64,000 nt of DNA. Origin: Octopus sinensis (lineage: Eukaryota). Of the stretch, positions 25,299-38,111 are shown in pieces. The position numbers and the translations under genes were made by a program. The notes below the pieces were generated by a model that was given only the letters and a program-made list of their open reading frames with translations, ran no database searches and was not told where the DNA came from. The DNA lies in the NCBI RefSeq assembly GCF_006345805.1, contig NW_021832221.1, positions 62,001 to 126,000 of the forward strand. Reading direction: 5' to 3'. The number at the start of each line of letters is the position of its first letter. The first letter of the stretch is position 1.

Positions 25299-25318
25299 TA
25301 TAATATTTCGATAAGAGT

Positions 25319-25665
25319 AGGATCTCCCTCGCATGAATCGGGGGATCACGGGGGATTATAATTAACTGGCTTACCCTGGTCCTTTGGTCAATAAAAAGTG
25401 TTTAAAGTGTTTAATGAAAATTCTGATTTCGTCAATAATTCCAATATTTTTTATCGGAATCGACAATAATTTTCCCAAAGATTCAACAATCAGAAATATC
25501 ATTCTTAAGAATCATACAAGTCCGATGCGCAGACGGTCTGGGATGGTGTACAGCAAGTGCTGTAGAGATGCCATTTTATTTATTTATTATTTAAAGACCA
25601 AACACGGGCAAAGCCAGTTAATTATAGTTATTCCCGTGATCGCCGATCCAAACGAGGGAGATCCT
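25319..25665. repeat. About 350-bp MITE-like segment with imperfect inverted repeats of about 70 bp
   Basis: GGATCTCCCTCG...GATCACGGG...TATAATTAACTGGCTT...TTTGGTC at 25319-25390 is the reverse complement of 25595-25665. Confidence 0.65.
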
Positions 25666-25699
25666 TCTGAAAGGTTCAATCCTTCCCGCAAGATCGGCC

Positions 25700-25900
25700 T
25701 GAGACGACGATGTCCCATTCAATCATTCTAAACTGTCCTTATCCACAATGTTCTTAATAGATGAATAAACTTTCCTCTGTGAACAGTGTCAAACACTGTG
25801 GATAGATCTATTTTATATGTGAACTGCCTTCCTCTACTTGTGTGTCATGGCACATATGTCCAGACAATCTCCCCGTAGATCTCCCTCTTCTGAACCCACT
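25700..25900 (-). mobile_element. RTE-like RT fragment
   Basis: QSGFRRGRST and FDTVHRGKF remnants on the minus strand. Confidence 0.6.
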
Positions 25901-25929
25901 TTGCACCACAGACAGGAATTTAGGAAATA

Positions 25930-27102
25930 TTCTATATTATAGGGAATCAAAATGGATTTATTGCATTTTGTCGGAAAGATGAACATTTTCCGAAATTTTT
26001 ATCATATCATTGCATCATGCATTATGTGGGAAAATGTTAAATTTCAACTATGTTATGGAGACAACAGTTAAAATTATTAATTCCATCCGAGCCAAGCCCC
26101 TACAAAGAAGATTATTTCGACTTTTTCTAGAACAAGTCGATGCAATCTATGGCGATCTACCTTTACATTGTGACATAAGATGGTTAAGCAAGGGATTAAT
26201 TCTCAGTCGTTTCAGAGAATTATTATCATACATTAAAGAATTTTCTAAAGAAAACAACAAGAATTGGCATTTTCTTGAAAATCCTGATTGGCTAATAAAC
26301 TTGGCATTTTTAACCGATATTACCAGCAAACTAAATGAACTCAATTTAGAATTACAGGGAAAGAATAGATATATTATCGATATGATCAGTTCAATAAATG
26401 CTTTCATAATGAAGTTGGAATTATGGATATCTCAAATCAGAAAAGAAAATTTTACCCATTTTCCTAACATTGAAGATGAATTCACAAAACAACTTGTGAA
26501 TAAAAATCATTATGTCAATGAATTTGCTATGGTACTAGAAAAAATAATGAACGAGTTTAATAACAGATTTAGCGATTTCAAGAAAATTACTATATTATGC
26601 AGTTTCTTTGTTTCTCCGTTCATGGATGTAGACATCGAAAATATTTCAGAAGAATTTAGCAAGATTTTTGACGTTGATCGAAGAAAAAGTCAAATAGAAA
26701 TTATAAATCTAAAAAATGACATCACTTTAAAATTACATTCAAATGTCAACATGTGGAAATTTATGTCTCAGGAAAAATATCCAATTTTGATTGATTCGTA
26801 TCAACGAATTCTTTCATGCTTTGGAAGCACATATTTATTCGAAACATCATTTTCAAGTATGAAAATGATAAAATCTCAATACAGGACACGTTTAACGGAT
26901 GACCATCTTGGGGATTGCATGAGAATAGCAATAAGCTTATACGAGCCAGAATTTGAAATAATCGCAAGTGAATTACAATGCCAAAAATCGCATTAATTTT
27001 TAATTGTAAAATAAAATTTTTGATATTAAAATATATAAGTCGATCTCCAAAAAATCGCAAAATGAAAAGTAGCTCGCCGGTGAAAAAGGTTGGCCACCCC
27101 TG
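25930..27102 (+). mobile_element. hAT (SPIN/GTF2IRD2-like) 3' half with open 328-aa ORF and right TIR
   Basis: CDIRWLSKG, LAFLTDIT, FGSTYLFETSFS, RTRLTDDHL; terminal GGTTGGCCACCCCTG ending 27102. Confidence 0.9.
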
Positions 27103-27199
27103 TTCTATAAGAACGAAATAAAGACGCGAAGAAGACATTATGTAGTAAAAGTGACAAAATTTTGAGGTTTAAGAAAGTAAGAGACAAAGCTTTGAAAGA

Positions 27200-27900
27200 A
27201 AATAAACCTGTATGATACTACATGAAACTGGTACAAGTTTGGAACTGGCCCACTTCACGGGACCGGGACATCCAGAAGGCCTCTGAAGGGCTCCAAGCTA
27301 ACTTAAATAGGATGAACCTATGGCTAACTGACAACCGACTTGTGGTAAACGCGGCGAAGTCCGCCATGTCCCTTTTCACATCTGACAAAAGATTGGGAAG
27401 GGCCTCAGTCGACTTGAAGTTGAACAATGTGTCCGTACCCTTCTACAGAAGTCAGACGGTCCTAGGGGTAACCCTCGACATTCACCTCTGCTTCTCCCCG
27501 CACGTAGACAACCTCCTTCGTAAATGTAAAAAAATTGAACGTTCTCAGAAGCCTATCCGGTTTATGGAAAAACGGTTCCCACCCGGTACTGGCAAATATT
27601 TACCGTCAACACATTGAACCGTCAATTTCCTACGCCTGCAGATCATGGGGTTCGCGGTTATCGTGGTCCAACAGGATGCGAATCGAGGAGATCCAACAAA
27701 GGGCCCACAGATTAACCGATCGTTGGTCGCACGATAAAAAACGCTCCGGTCCAGCTCCTCTGGAAGATCTGATCAAGCTGAACCTCAGTTTGTTTGCAAA
27801 TGCCCCGACAACTGCGGCCTCCCGCCCGGTGCGATCTTGTTTGGGTCGTGGAAAGATCACCGAGCAGGATGAGGTCCCTGGCTGAGTGCATCGGGATCAC
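27200..27900 (+). mobile_element. Non-LTR retrotransposon 3' fragment (RT thumb region)
   Basis: WLTDNRLVVNAAKS, LGVTLD, IYRQHIEPSISYA; A-rich tail near 27925. Confidence 0.75.
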
Positions 27901-28029
27901 TTGACGTGGTCTTGGTGGTTAAATAAAAAAATAAAAAACAGACTGAGAAACAGAAAGGTTGAACTCATAATGATTAAAGATTAGAGACTCTAGATTTGGC
28001 GGAGTGGTACCTCTTCCTGAGTGCATTGA

Positions 28030-28330
28030 TAGAGAGTGACTGTTGGTTGGTGTAATAGTCGAGGAGACCGTGGAGTAGGGAGAGGGAGTAGTTGCAGTAC
28101 TCCAAAAACCAGGATGAGGAAGAACAAAAATGTCATTACAGAAGTTCTAGTCGAGGCTACAACTCTCGACCAAATCATAGTGCCGAAGAAATTTGCGATC
28201 AGCATACGAAGATATACGAACAGAAATGTCCCCAGGCCAAATAAATGCTTAGGGGTGTTTGGTCTGAGCCTAAATACGACCGAACGTGATCTAAAACACA
28301 AATTTGGAGAACACTGAGTATTAATTAATT
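28030..28330 (+). pseudogene. tra2: transformer-2 (TRA2) 5' fragment: R/S-rich leader plus start of the RRM
   Basis: [30 protein letters not shown] matches TRA2 [19 protein letters not shown]; ends at TGA 28315-28317 with no further RRM exons. Confidence 0.8.
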
Positions 28331-28479
28331 TAGTGCTGTTTTGGTTATTCTAAAACGATAAAAACTGCTAGCAGAATGGAAGGTGACTTTGAATGTTGTA
28401 ATTGACACGATGAATGAATGAATTTTTTATTAAAACGGAAAAGCCGAAACAAGAAAGAGAAAGTTAATGAGACAACGTA

Positions 28480-28760
28480 TGCCTATTCTCCGTTGTTTCC
28501 CTCTTTTTTATGTTTAATTAGAGATTCGAGAGGAAAGGTTCTCTCAAGAACACTTCCAACCGTTTCCGTCGCGTCTTCCATCTCTTGAGGGATGGGTTGG
28601 TCCAGCTGGAGTCCATTTGCCAATTTGATGGCATATCGTCTTGTCTTTTCGATCTTAGCGATAATGCCATCCCTCTCAGCAGTAGGGTACCATCCCTCGA
28701 ACCCGTAGGTAAGCAATGGTAGGTAAGCAATAAACATATAAAAACATTTCCGGACACGAT
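28480..28760 (-). mobile_element. Non-LTR 3' fragment (same family as 18900)
   Basis: LPLLTYGFEGWY...KIEKTRRYAIKLA. Confidence 0.7.
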
Positions 28761-28889
28761 GTTTATATTTTATTCAAAAAAATGATAGGTCTGATTAACC
28801 GAGAGGAAAGTACTATCAACGGCAGAGTTAAACAGGCTGAAAAAGGATTAGTGGCCAATAAAGGCATGGATTTCCATCACAGTTGGAAC

Positions 28890-29170
28890 CGGTCGGCCTG
28901 GTCCGAGAGGATGGTAAACGTTCTGATGGTCTAACAACTTTCCCCTTTGAAAATGACAAATCTTTCATCTAGGACGCAACTTGTACGGACACCTTCTCTG
29001 CTGGAAACATCTTTACGTCAGCCAGGCTCCGCATCTAACCTGGGAGAAACCTCTAAAAGTGAAAAAATAAAGTGCATTATCGCACCGTCATATCTTTGCC
29101 CCGATCGCAGTAGAGACGTCGGGAGTTCTCGGTCCAGAACTAAAAAATTCCTTATTAATAATTTAAAAAT
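28890..29170 (+). mobile_element. CRE REL-domain fragment
   Basis: [14 protein letters not shown]...DATCTDTF...APIAVETSG; similar to the 9355 copy. Confidence 0.75.
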
Positions 29171-29932
29171 TTGAATGGCGTTATATCGGATAAGACACAT
29201 AATTTGGCGTGGCAATAACTGAGTGACGGGGTTTGGCATTATAAAGAGAAATTCAAAGAAGAACCAAAAAATGACTTGGCAATATGCGGGGTGGCATTAT
29301 AGAGGGGTTTAATATGTCCATAAAAGTTATATTCTTTTCGAAATAATCCAATCCATTTTTGGCACATTATTTGACTCGAAAAATATTTTAAATTGTCCAA
29401 TAGACAACACGGATAGATAAATAGCCCAACGTAAAGATTTGATAATTTCATAACTCACTAGTGAGCTTACTACAAAATTTTCTTTAAAATCATAAAGTAA
29501 TAATGGTAATATTTGCCTAAATTAGTCAAAAAATAGAATAATTTTAAATTTCGCGTTGTATTTTTTCAACAACTCTCAAACGAGGATATCGTATTTATGA
29601 AGTTTTCTACCTCAACCATCTTTAGCAAATCCAGAAAAGTGATTCCGATCTCTACTAAGGTAATCTAACTTGTCCTTTTATTAAAAACAAATATATCAGG
29701 CTTGTTATGCTGCATTTGACATCCGTCATTAGTGTCGTATCTACTCGGATCTCAACATTCTTAGTTGTTACTATTTATTGGACTTAGTGAGTCTTCTGTT
29801 TCTATGAATATTTGATTCCATATTTACGATACAGGTTTAAATTTGCCGAAGAATAAAATTGTTTATAGTTCAAGTTGTTAATTATTTTAAATGTTTAATT
29901 AACGTTTTCTATAAAGAATGTATTAGATCTTA

Positions 29933-32400
29933 TTGGTTGAGGTGGTGACATCCCTCTATTGCACTATGTCTAAAACGCACTTGAAACGCTTGGAGGAGAT
30001 AAAAATTACATTATTTAATGTTAGAGGGATCAGTAAGGAATTGAAAAGAAACTTATTATGCTCGGATCTAGCGAAGTACGGTACGACCGTGGGATGTCTG
30101 CAGGAGACCAAAGTACAAACTGAATTGGATGAGTTACATGGGGACTACAGGCTTATTTTACTGCCATCGACATTAAGGCATTATGGACAGGGGTTTGCCG
30201 TGCACAGGAAGCTTACACGTGGGATATTTCGGTGCTGGAGTGTTTCCGATAGAATCAGTGTCCTTCAAATCCGGGTCGGTGTCAAACGCACGTCGAGGGC
30301 CCTCATTTCCATAATCAACGTATATGCACCTCATAGTGGACGGGTCGCCAAAGATTCGGACGAACTAGACTTCGTCGCTGCCCTGTTTGACATTAGAAGT
30401 CGTTTTGTACGCACTTCAGGAGCGAAGTCTCATGAGGTCAAACGACGAGGATACCTAGTACAGAGATTATACTCTTCACATTCCTCTCGAAATATCTATC
30501 AAGATTCTATGGAACATTATCTACAAGCAATAGAGAGAGACCTTCCTCCAGAAGTCATCTGGATGCATACAAAGGAAGGAATTTACCTGGCTGCAGATGC
30601 TCACATTGGGAGACTACCGTACAATATACGATGTAAAGACCAATGCCATCCCGATGTCTCTGCAATGGCTGCAAAACAGAAGGCTCACCGACTTTCGCTA
30701 GAGAACACAACTGATATGGTCAGAAAACTTTCCTTAAAATCCGAACGCACCAGGATACAGAAAATGATCAAAAAGTTAAATTGCGAACACATTGCAAACG
30801 TTTTGGATGCCAGGCTAAAAGAAGTGGAGAATCTAAAGGATTGTGCACAGATGTTCTTAGCAATGAGGTTGCTTAAGAGGAGGAAGCAAAAGATTAAACT
30901 AAAGATCGAGGACAACAACGGAAATATTATCTTTGATGCTACGGAACAAGCAGAACTTATTGCTACTCATTTTGAGCGACTCTTTAATGTTGACGGGGAA
31001 AAGGTGGACCTAATCACTACTAATCCGACAAACCTGGTAAATGAAATCACGGTGGAAGAAGTTATGAAAGCAACGAATAGACTGAAAAGTAATCGCTCTC
31101 CATGACCGGACGGTATACGTGCTGAGTTACTGAAATACGGTCCTAAAACACTGATGGAAATCATGGCCAAAGTACTAAACAAAATGTTTACAACCAATGA
31201 CCTTCTTTCTTTGGGCAAAGGAATTCTGGTCCCGATTCAAAAACCGAATCAGAAGATGGGCCCTGTGGATAACCTGCGACCAGTCATTCTACTCAATACG
31301 CTGAGAAAGGTCCTTGCTCTCGTGGTGCTAGACCGTATACAAGAGCCTGCGAACGAATTCCTGTCTCCGAACCACAGTGGGTTCAGGACGGGTAGATCTA
31401 CTGCTGATGTGGTCTGGGGACACAGGTGGCGTTGCGCTACTTGCCAAAGATTTGAGAGTGCGACTACAATTCTAGGGATCGACATGTCGAGAGCCTTCGA
31501 CACAATTCGCCGGGAAAAACTTATTAGTGTTTTGCGGGGATTCCTCGACGGGGACTGCGTCAGGATGATAGAAGTCTTATTGTCGAACACAGAATTGACA
31601 GTACAAATTGGGAGTAAATCATCCAGAAATTTTTCGACGACAGTGGGTACCCCTCAGGGAGACTCCCTTTCCCCTTTGCTGTTCGTGATATACCTGGAGG
31701 CGGCTCTGCGTGGTCTCAGGCTCTTCTATAACGGGCAAATCACCGAAATTGTATACGCTGACGATGTGGATTTTGTATCACACGACACAGCAGCCCTGAG
31801 GCGGTTACTTGATGTTGCCCCAGCAGAGCTTAAAAAATGGTTCCTCACTGTGAACACAACCAAAACGGAAATCACGGAAGTCGCACGCACGAGTTCAAGA
31901 CTAGATGATGAGTGGAGACGTTCCAGAAAACTGGGCACACTCCTCGGAGATAGTGAGGACATTACCCGGAGGAAAGTACTATCGACGGCCGCGTTGAACA
32001 GGCTGAAAACGGATTGGGTGGCTAACAGGCCGGCAACGACTGCGCTTCGTTTGCGCCTCTACAATGCATTTGTGAAACCGGTCTTGCTATACAACTCCTC
32101 CTGTTGGGGGATCTCTGCTTCCGAAATTAAAAACCTTAACTCCTTCCACCGAAGACAACAGCGTATATTATGTGGGGTACAATGGCAGACCCGGAACAAC
32201 AACGGGGCACTTTACCGTAAATGCTCAGCGCAACCTGTAATTTTGGAAGTGATGGAAGCCCGATGGAGACTGTTCGGACATGTCCTACGGATGGACCAGA
32301 TGTCACCCGCAAACTTGGCAATGGAAGAATATTTTGCCGCTAGTGGAAAGAAATTTCGGGGACGCCCGCGCATTACTCTACCGGAGGTAGTTGTTTCAAT
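29933..32400 (+). mobile_element. RTE-like retrotransposon (APE + RT); one nonsense codon and an internal deletion in the EN domain
   Basis: TLFNVRG, CLQETK, NVYAPHS; SP*PDG with TGA 31103-31105 in frame; LRPVILLN, SGFRTGRST, DMSRAFDT, GTPQGDSLSPLLF, YADD, YNAFVKPVLLY. Confidence 0.92.
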
Positions 32401-32989
32401 CGTACTAGTCAACTTTTATTCTACCTATAAAAGCGATCCATTTTTTTAACTTTTTGATTGTGTTGTGGATCTTGCCAATTTTTGAGTAATTTTTTCGAAG
32501 TCTAAGCATGAAATGAAATGATAGAATATTGGTAAATGAACATTGCTAACAAATTGTTTGGTTTTTTGTGAATTTTTGAATAAATTTCATTATTTGATGC
32601 CAATTTTTGAAGTATTCCCAGGTTTTCTTGTTTTCTATTTTATTAAATATTATGCGATCTCTTGATTATTCACGAATTAACAAAAAGTAATTTACATAAA
32701 CTAACATGAATTGCAACGTCTTTTCGTAACTATAGTTTTTTCTTATATACAATGTCCCCTGTTAACGACATTGACATCGTTTCGGATAACAAAGATGCTT
32801 TAAGCAATCTTCTAAACAATTTCCGAGGACATTTAAAAAGTGATTCCTCATAATCAACACTTGTAAAACAGAACTCACTAAGATAAAACGCTTCATTAGC
32901 GTTAGTGAAACTTGAAGAGTATCAAGAAACTTGGCCCTCTGCTCAAGAAAGTGAAGACATTACTTTCCGAAAGTTTCTGACTACCACAG

Positions 32990-33540
32990 TTTTAAGCAGA
33001 ATACGCAAAACATAACTCCATGCTCAACCTGTAAATCGCCAACTCAGATCAAAGCTTTACAACGCCTTCGTGAAGCCGGTTCTACTTTATAATTCCCCGA
33101 CATGAGTGATATCAGACAGTGTACTGAAGACCATAGACTCCTTTCAAAAGCAGCTGGGTCTTCTAAACGGACTTGACTGGCCATCTAAAATCAATAATCA
33201 GTCACTCTACAAACACTATAACGGTACGTCACTGTCTGCAGAAATTGTGGCAGGTCACTGAAAAGTATTCTGGCACATCTTGAGACTAAGTCCAGCCACT
33301 CCCGCTAATCTTAACAAATACTTCATGGAATATGGAAGATAAATATCTTAGACAACCGAGATTTACTTTCCCGGAAGTATTGTGGATAGATCTCAACTTC
33401 GTTGGCAAAATCTTACTAAACAGTAATGATTTGGATTCTCTAAGGACACTCTCACATAACAGAGAGGAATGGACTAGGATGGTTCAGAAGATTGTCTTGC
33501 TTGTTAAACTGTGTTCTTCAGTCTGGATTATGAGATAACT
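32990..33540 (+). mobile_element. RTE-like 3' fragment
   Basis: KLYNAFVKPVLLYN, HILRL, NREEWTRMV. Confidence 0.75.
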
Positions 33541-33603
33541 TTTTCTACGTAGACAGTTAGGCAATTAATTAATTTATATTTAATAAAAGAACTGTAATTG
33601 TTA

Positions 33604-34879
33604 ATGCAACCGTCGTACTATTTCGAGAATGGTCATCCATTATTAATATATAAAGGTTATAGGAAAGTACGGCCATATTATTACACCTTCAAAACACATT
33701 GCAAAAAAAACTGGATAGGAATGACAGTTGCCTGTCTCTATCAACACTATTTCAGTACCCCTCCCTTCATGACTGTACAATTTCCACTACATTCAACAGT
33801 CAGACCAAATTGCGAGTGGCCGACTTTTAATAAACAATCGCCCTACATCCCTCCACTACTCTCTCAAGCCAGGGGATTTGCTGTCCCACACAGTCCACCG
33901 GTTCATAGCCATATGACAATCCAGACATGAATTGCCCGTTATCGACACAGACATTGACATAGTCAGGGACAACAGCAGTGTCCTTATCATCAACAAACCG
34001 TCTTCCATTGTAATCCACGAATGTGGCCAGTATTACTTCAATTCACTCACACAAATCATTCCCCATATGTTTGATGTCCCTCAACTCTTCAGTTTAGTCT
34101 ATTTGTCATGTCAAGCTGTCCATAGACTTGACAAGGAGACTTCTGGACTTGTTATGTTTGCCAAATCAGCTCATGTGGCTGATGAGTACAGGAAAATGTT
34201 TTCCTTGGAGGAAGGGAATGTTAATAAGGAATATATTTGTCGTGTTTGGGGCACTTTTCCTAAGTATTCACTCGTTTATTACTCTCAGTGGGATTGTGGA
34301 GTGTAATCAACCACTGCTGAGTGTGAATAGAACTTATTCGGTTGTGTCTGAGGAAGGAAAACAGGCCTGTACTTGGTTTGAGCGAATATCTGGTGACAAT
34401 GTGATGTCGATTGTGAAATGTAATGACTGTCCATCACTGCAGGCTTTCCCTTGACTGGCAGGACTCACCAAATACGTGTCCATTTGCAGTATTTGGGTTA
34501 CCCTATTGTCAATGATTGGTTTTATAACAATCACTATTTTGGACCTGAAAGTGGAAAAAAAGGTATTTATAGTCAATCATTATTCACGGTTGAATTGCTT
34601 TGTATACTTATTCTTTAGATTGAACAGCATTTAAAGTCACTGAAGCGTGAAAAGTATCACATAAATTCTATTCAAAACGAGAGTGAGTATGAACAAGCCA
34701 AATGGTCTTGTCACGGTTCTCTAGACAAACTGTGTCGAATCTGCCTCTCCTTCCCCACACCCGACCCCAATCCAGCAGATTTGTCAATCGACCTACACAG
34801 TTGTCGAATAATGGTTTGCTATTTTGTTTACTGGCAGTGTGGTGACTTGGATATTCATTCAGAACCGACTTTTATATGA
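33604..34879 (+). CDS. RPUSD2: RluA-family RNA pseudouridine synthase (RPUSD2-like), multi-exon
   Basis: [41 protein letters not shown] catalytic motif, [11 protein letters not shown]; short GT-AG introns; TGA 34877-34879. Confidence 0.9.
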
Positions 34880-34893
34880 CATTTTTATCATTT

Positions 34894-36572
34894 TTATGTA
34901 TACAATTTGGTTAATATGTACATAACTCTGTCAATAGTTTTAATTATATCTGTATATGACTGTACTGTGTCCTCACTCTCCTCAAGTTGTCTAAAGAAGA
35001 CCCACCCTGTAGTGGAATTAAGACCACAAATTGCCATTCCGACGACATTCGGCCAACATTGCTTCACTCAGTTGACTCACTTTCGGATATTCCTTGCTTT
35101 GGGGAAACAAATTCGAGTTAAAAAGGTTGATAATTGTATATTTGGACATGCTATGACGCTTACTATACATATTTTCCTCAAGAAACTCCTCTAAACATTC
35201 AATATTTAAATATACTGGATGCTCGAAGGATTTCCCAGGGGGTCCCAAACATGAGACATTTTTTTGTAGCATACAAGACTAGACGTTTCCAAAGGGACAA
35301 CTCAGCCTTAGACAGACTAGCCTTAAATTAGCCACAAATTTGATCACACAGAAACTGTAGACTGGGCGATTTGTCTTGCAAGAATAGAGAAATGTCTGCA
35401 GAGGGGTGTAGGGAGGACTACAGCAATCAAATGACACAACTAAAATGAATAGACTGAGAATAACCTGAGAAATGTTCATTCCACATGCCTCAATCAATTC
35501 CTCGTCGACTTCCTGATACTCAACCACCAGTTTAGCAGCCGCACAGACATGGACTGCATGAGTCAGCAAGCAGTCTCTAATCTACTCATTAGGCCACCAA
35601 ATACTTTTTGAGACAATTCAGACATGACTAATAAAAGTTTATTTTTGGAGTCAGTTTTGCACTTTTGGTGAGTGGATGTTCCTTTTGGACTAAGAAATTG
35701 CCTCATTCTGGCCCGCATAGAATTTGTAAGAGCAACAATGTGCTGTCTCTGCTCTCGTCGGGTATATGGGGAGTCTGCGACAACTCCCACTGCACTGATC
35801 AGTCTTTCCAGAGATTCCTCAAGCAAATGTTGGACTCCAGACTCCCATAGTTTGCACTAAGATGACTTGGGCAATAAACAGTGATGTTTTTGAAGGCAGT
35901 AAAGACCTCTCCGTCCTGACCGGGATGTCCTCGTCCAGTCAAATATAAAAGAAGGACAATCATCTCAGAACAGCATCTTTGGCGTGTTGTCTCCACATTC
36001 GAAGATTCCTCAAGAAGGACTTTGTAGTCGTTTATGATTGAGCAGACACTCTCATAGTCAAAAATGCCCTGTTCGGCCTGTCATTAGGACTGGTCTGACC
36101 TTATTTCTCAGAGTCCAACAGTACAGGTCTACAAAATGAGAGTGGAAGGTCCCATCAAAGTGACCATGCCCTGTCTGGAACTCTTTTAGTTTGCAAATCA
36201 ACTAAGAATGGTATTTCGGAGTACTTTGTCTGTGTGTTGGCAGTACATGTCGTCCACTATTTGGAGGATAATTTTCTCCAAAACGGAAATGCCCTTTAAA
36301 AAGTCGGCCATATCTTTTCTTCCGTATTTGCGGATTGAGGAAACTTGGGTGAACAAAAATTACTAACGGAGGGTCAGGATAGTTTTGCAGACGGTCTGAG
36401 TGTCGAGGTTGAATGACACTTCTCCCTCAAATAGGCAGACAAATTGATTTAAGTGGTAACTGATTAATCGGGCAAATGGGGAGGCTTTGGTTTGTAGTTT
36501 TATCTATTTTGTGGAAATTAACCACTAATTTACTTTTTTATTTAATTTTTGTAATTGGGGGATAAATTCCAT
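34894..36572 (-). CDS. Vinculin/alpha-catenin-family protein (alpha-catenin/catulin-like), about 490 aa, apparently lacking the C-terminal actin-binding domain
   Basis: LEESLERLISAVGVVADSPYTRREQRQHIVALTNSMRARM resembles alpha-catenin LEERLESIISGAALMADSSCTRDDRRERIVAECNAVRQAL; ATG 36572 and exon chain inferred. Confidence 0.7.
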
Positions 36573-37150
36573 GTACTTAATTAATTAAACTCGGTTAGCA
36601 ACTTTAAATATATTAAAACAATATAAACTTAGACTATATTTAATTAAATGTATAAAAAACAACCGATTCACCACAACTCTATTTCAACCCGGTTTATATT
36701 TTTTGACGATTGAGTGTTGTTTTTGAATGAGCCGAACTTATTTGGTTACAATTTGTAGTATCGGTCTGCGTTTTTGTTGATTTGTGGTTTAAAAAAAGAA
36801 TCAAAGCTTGAGTTAAAACACCCAAAAATGGATATTAAAACAGTTTTTTGGATGATTGATTGATAAGACAACTCAAAAATGACAGTGCCACCTGGACAAA
36901 AATAGACAGAGAAGCAGAATATGATCGTAAAACAATTATTTTCAGAATAAAACTATAAAACGCGATACAATCGGCGTTTTGATCTGAGACTCGGTATGCT
37001 CTCCTGTCCTTAGTATTGAGACCTCAATAAACTAGTCAGACAGTGATCCATCATTGGATTTCACAAAAAACCAATTAAAGCGAGCTGTATTGCGAGGCTG
37101 GTTGCATATTTTGCGTAAATAATCTCAAAGCAAAGCAAATTAAATTTAGA

Positions 37151-38056
37151 ATGTTCAACCGAGATGAGTCGGGATATCCAAAAGGTAACGAATGCCACAA
37201 CTGTCGCCATTACCAGTGTCCACTAATGGCTTTTATTGCCTTCCAACAATATTCCAAGACCCATAATAATTTTATTTTAGTTTCAAGTGCTGTTATAGGC
37301 CTGTGTTTATATCAGATAATATCTAATAGTCTTAATTATCTTATTCTTAGATTTTGTGTGTGAAAATCTATTCAGAACTGACTCTTCTCAATTACAGCAG
37401 TCGGGTTATTATACAAAATCTTGATTTAGTAGAAAAGCAATGTTACAACTGCCACATCGATGCTACCCCGCTTTGGAGAAGAGATGCCGACGGACACTAT
37501 TTGTGCAATGCCTGTGGGATTTACCTGCGATTGAAGAATCGTCCACGTCCTTTAATCCAAATGAGAAAACAAAATGTCAATTTTAAATAACATTCCAGCC
37601 TGTCTCTAAACGGTCTGGCCTGATTTGTTCAAACTGTCAAACAATGACCACCACTCTTTGGCGAAGAAACGAAAATGGAGAAACAGTCTGCAACGCTTGT
37701 GGACTGTACTACAAACTACACTCGGTTGACTCAGCACAGTCACTCTGGTTTAGGAAAACAGGCCTCCTTCGCTAAAGAAGGCTGGAATCCAGACCAGACA
37801 CAGAAAGGCAAAGCCAGTCTTCCCAATTCACGTGGAACAGATTATCCCCACCTCCCAACAATTTTTTCAAAATAGTTCGACGGGGTTTCCAATGAACAGT
37901 CAAAACACGGCAAATTATTTTGGGGGATATTTCTACCACCCAGGAAAAGAGTTTGGCAGTGAGGTGGACTATCAATACATTCATTACCCAATTGGGCAAG
38001 GAAATATTTACCAAAACACCGACCAATTTGCAGGTCCCCATTATAAAAATAATTAA
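37151..38056 (+). CDS. GATA: GATA transcription factor with two zinc fingers
   Basis: [26 protein letters not shown] and [32 protein letters not shown], basic region [16 protein letters not shown]; 5' exon and start uncertain. Confidence 0.92.
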
Positions 38057-38111
38057 ACTTATTTTGGGAATAATAAAATATTATTTATTAATAAAAAACA
38101 AACTTGTTGTT

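Noticed and set aside
31103-31105. TGA readthrough, selenocysteine or a reassigned genetic code
   Set aside because: TGA, TAA and TAG all terminate host genes here, and the other ORF breaks are explained by micro-introns or TE decay. A GGA-to-TGA mutation is simpler.
36861-36866. TGATAA site upstream of GATA as autoregulation
   Set aside because: A single hexamer is expected by chance in AT-rich DNA.
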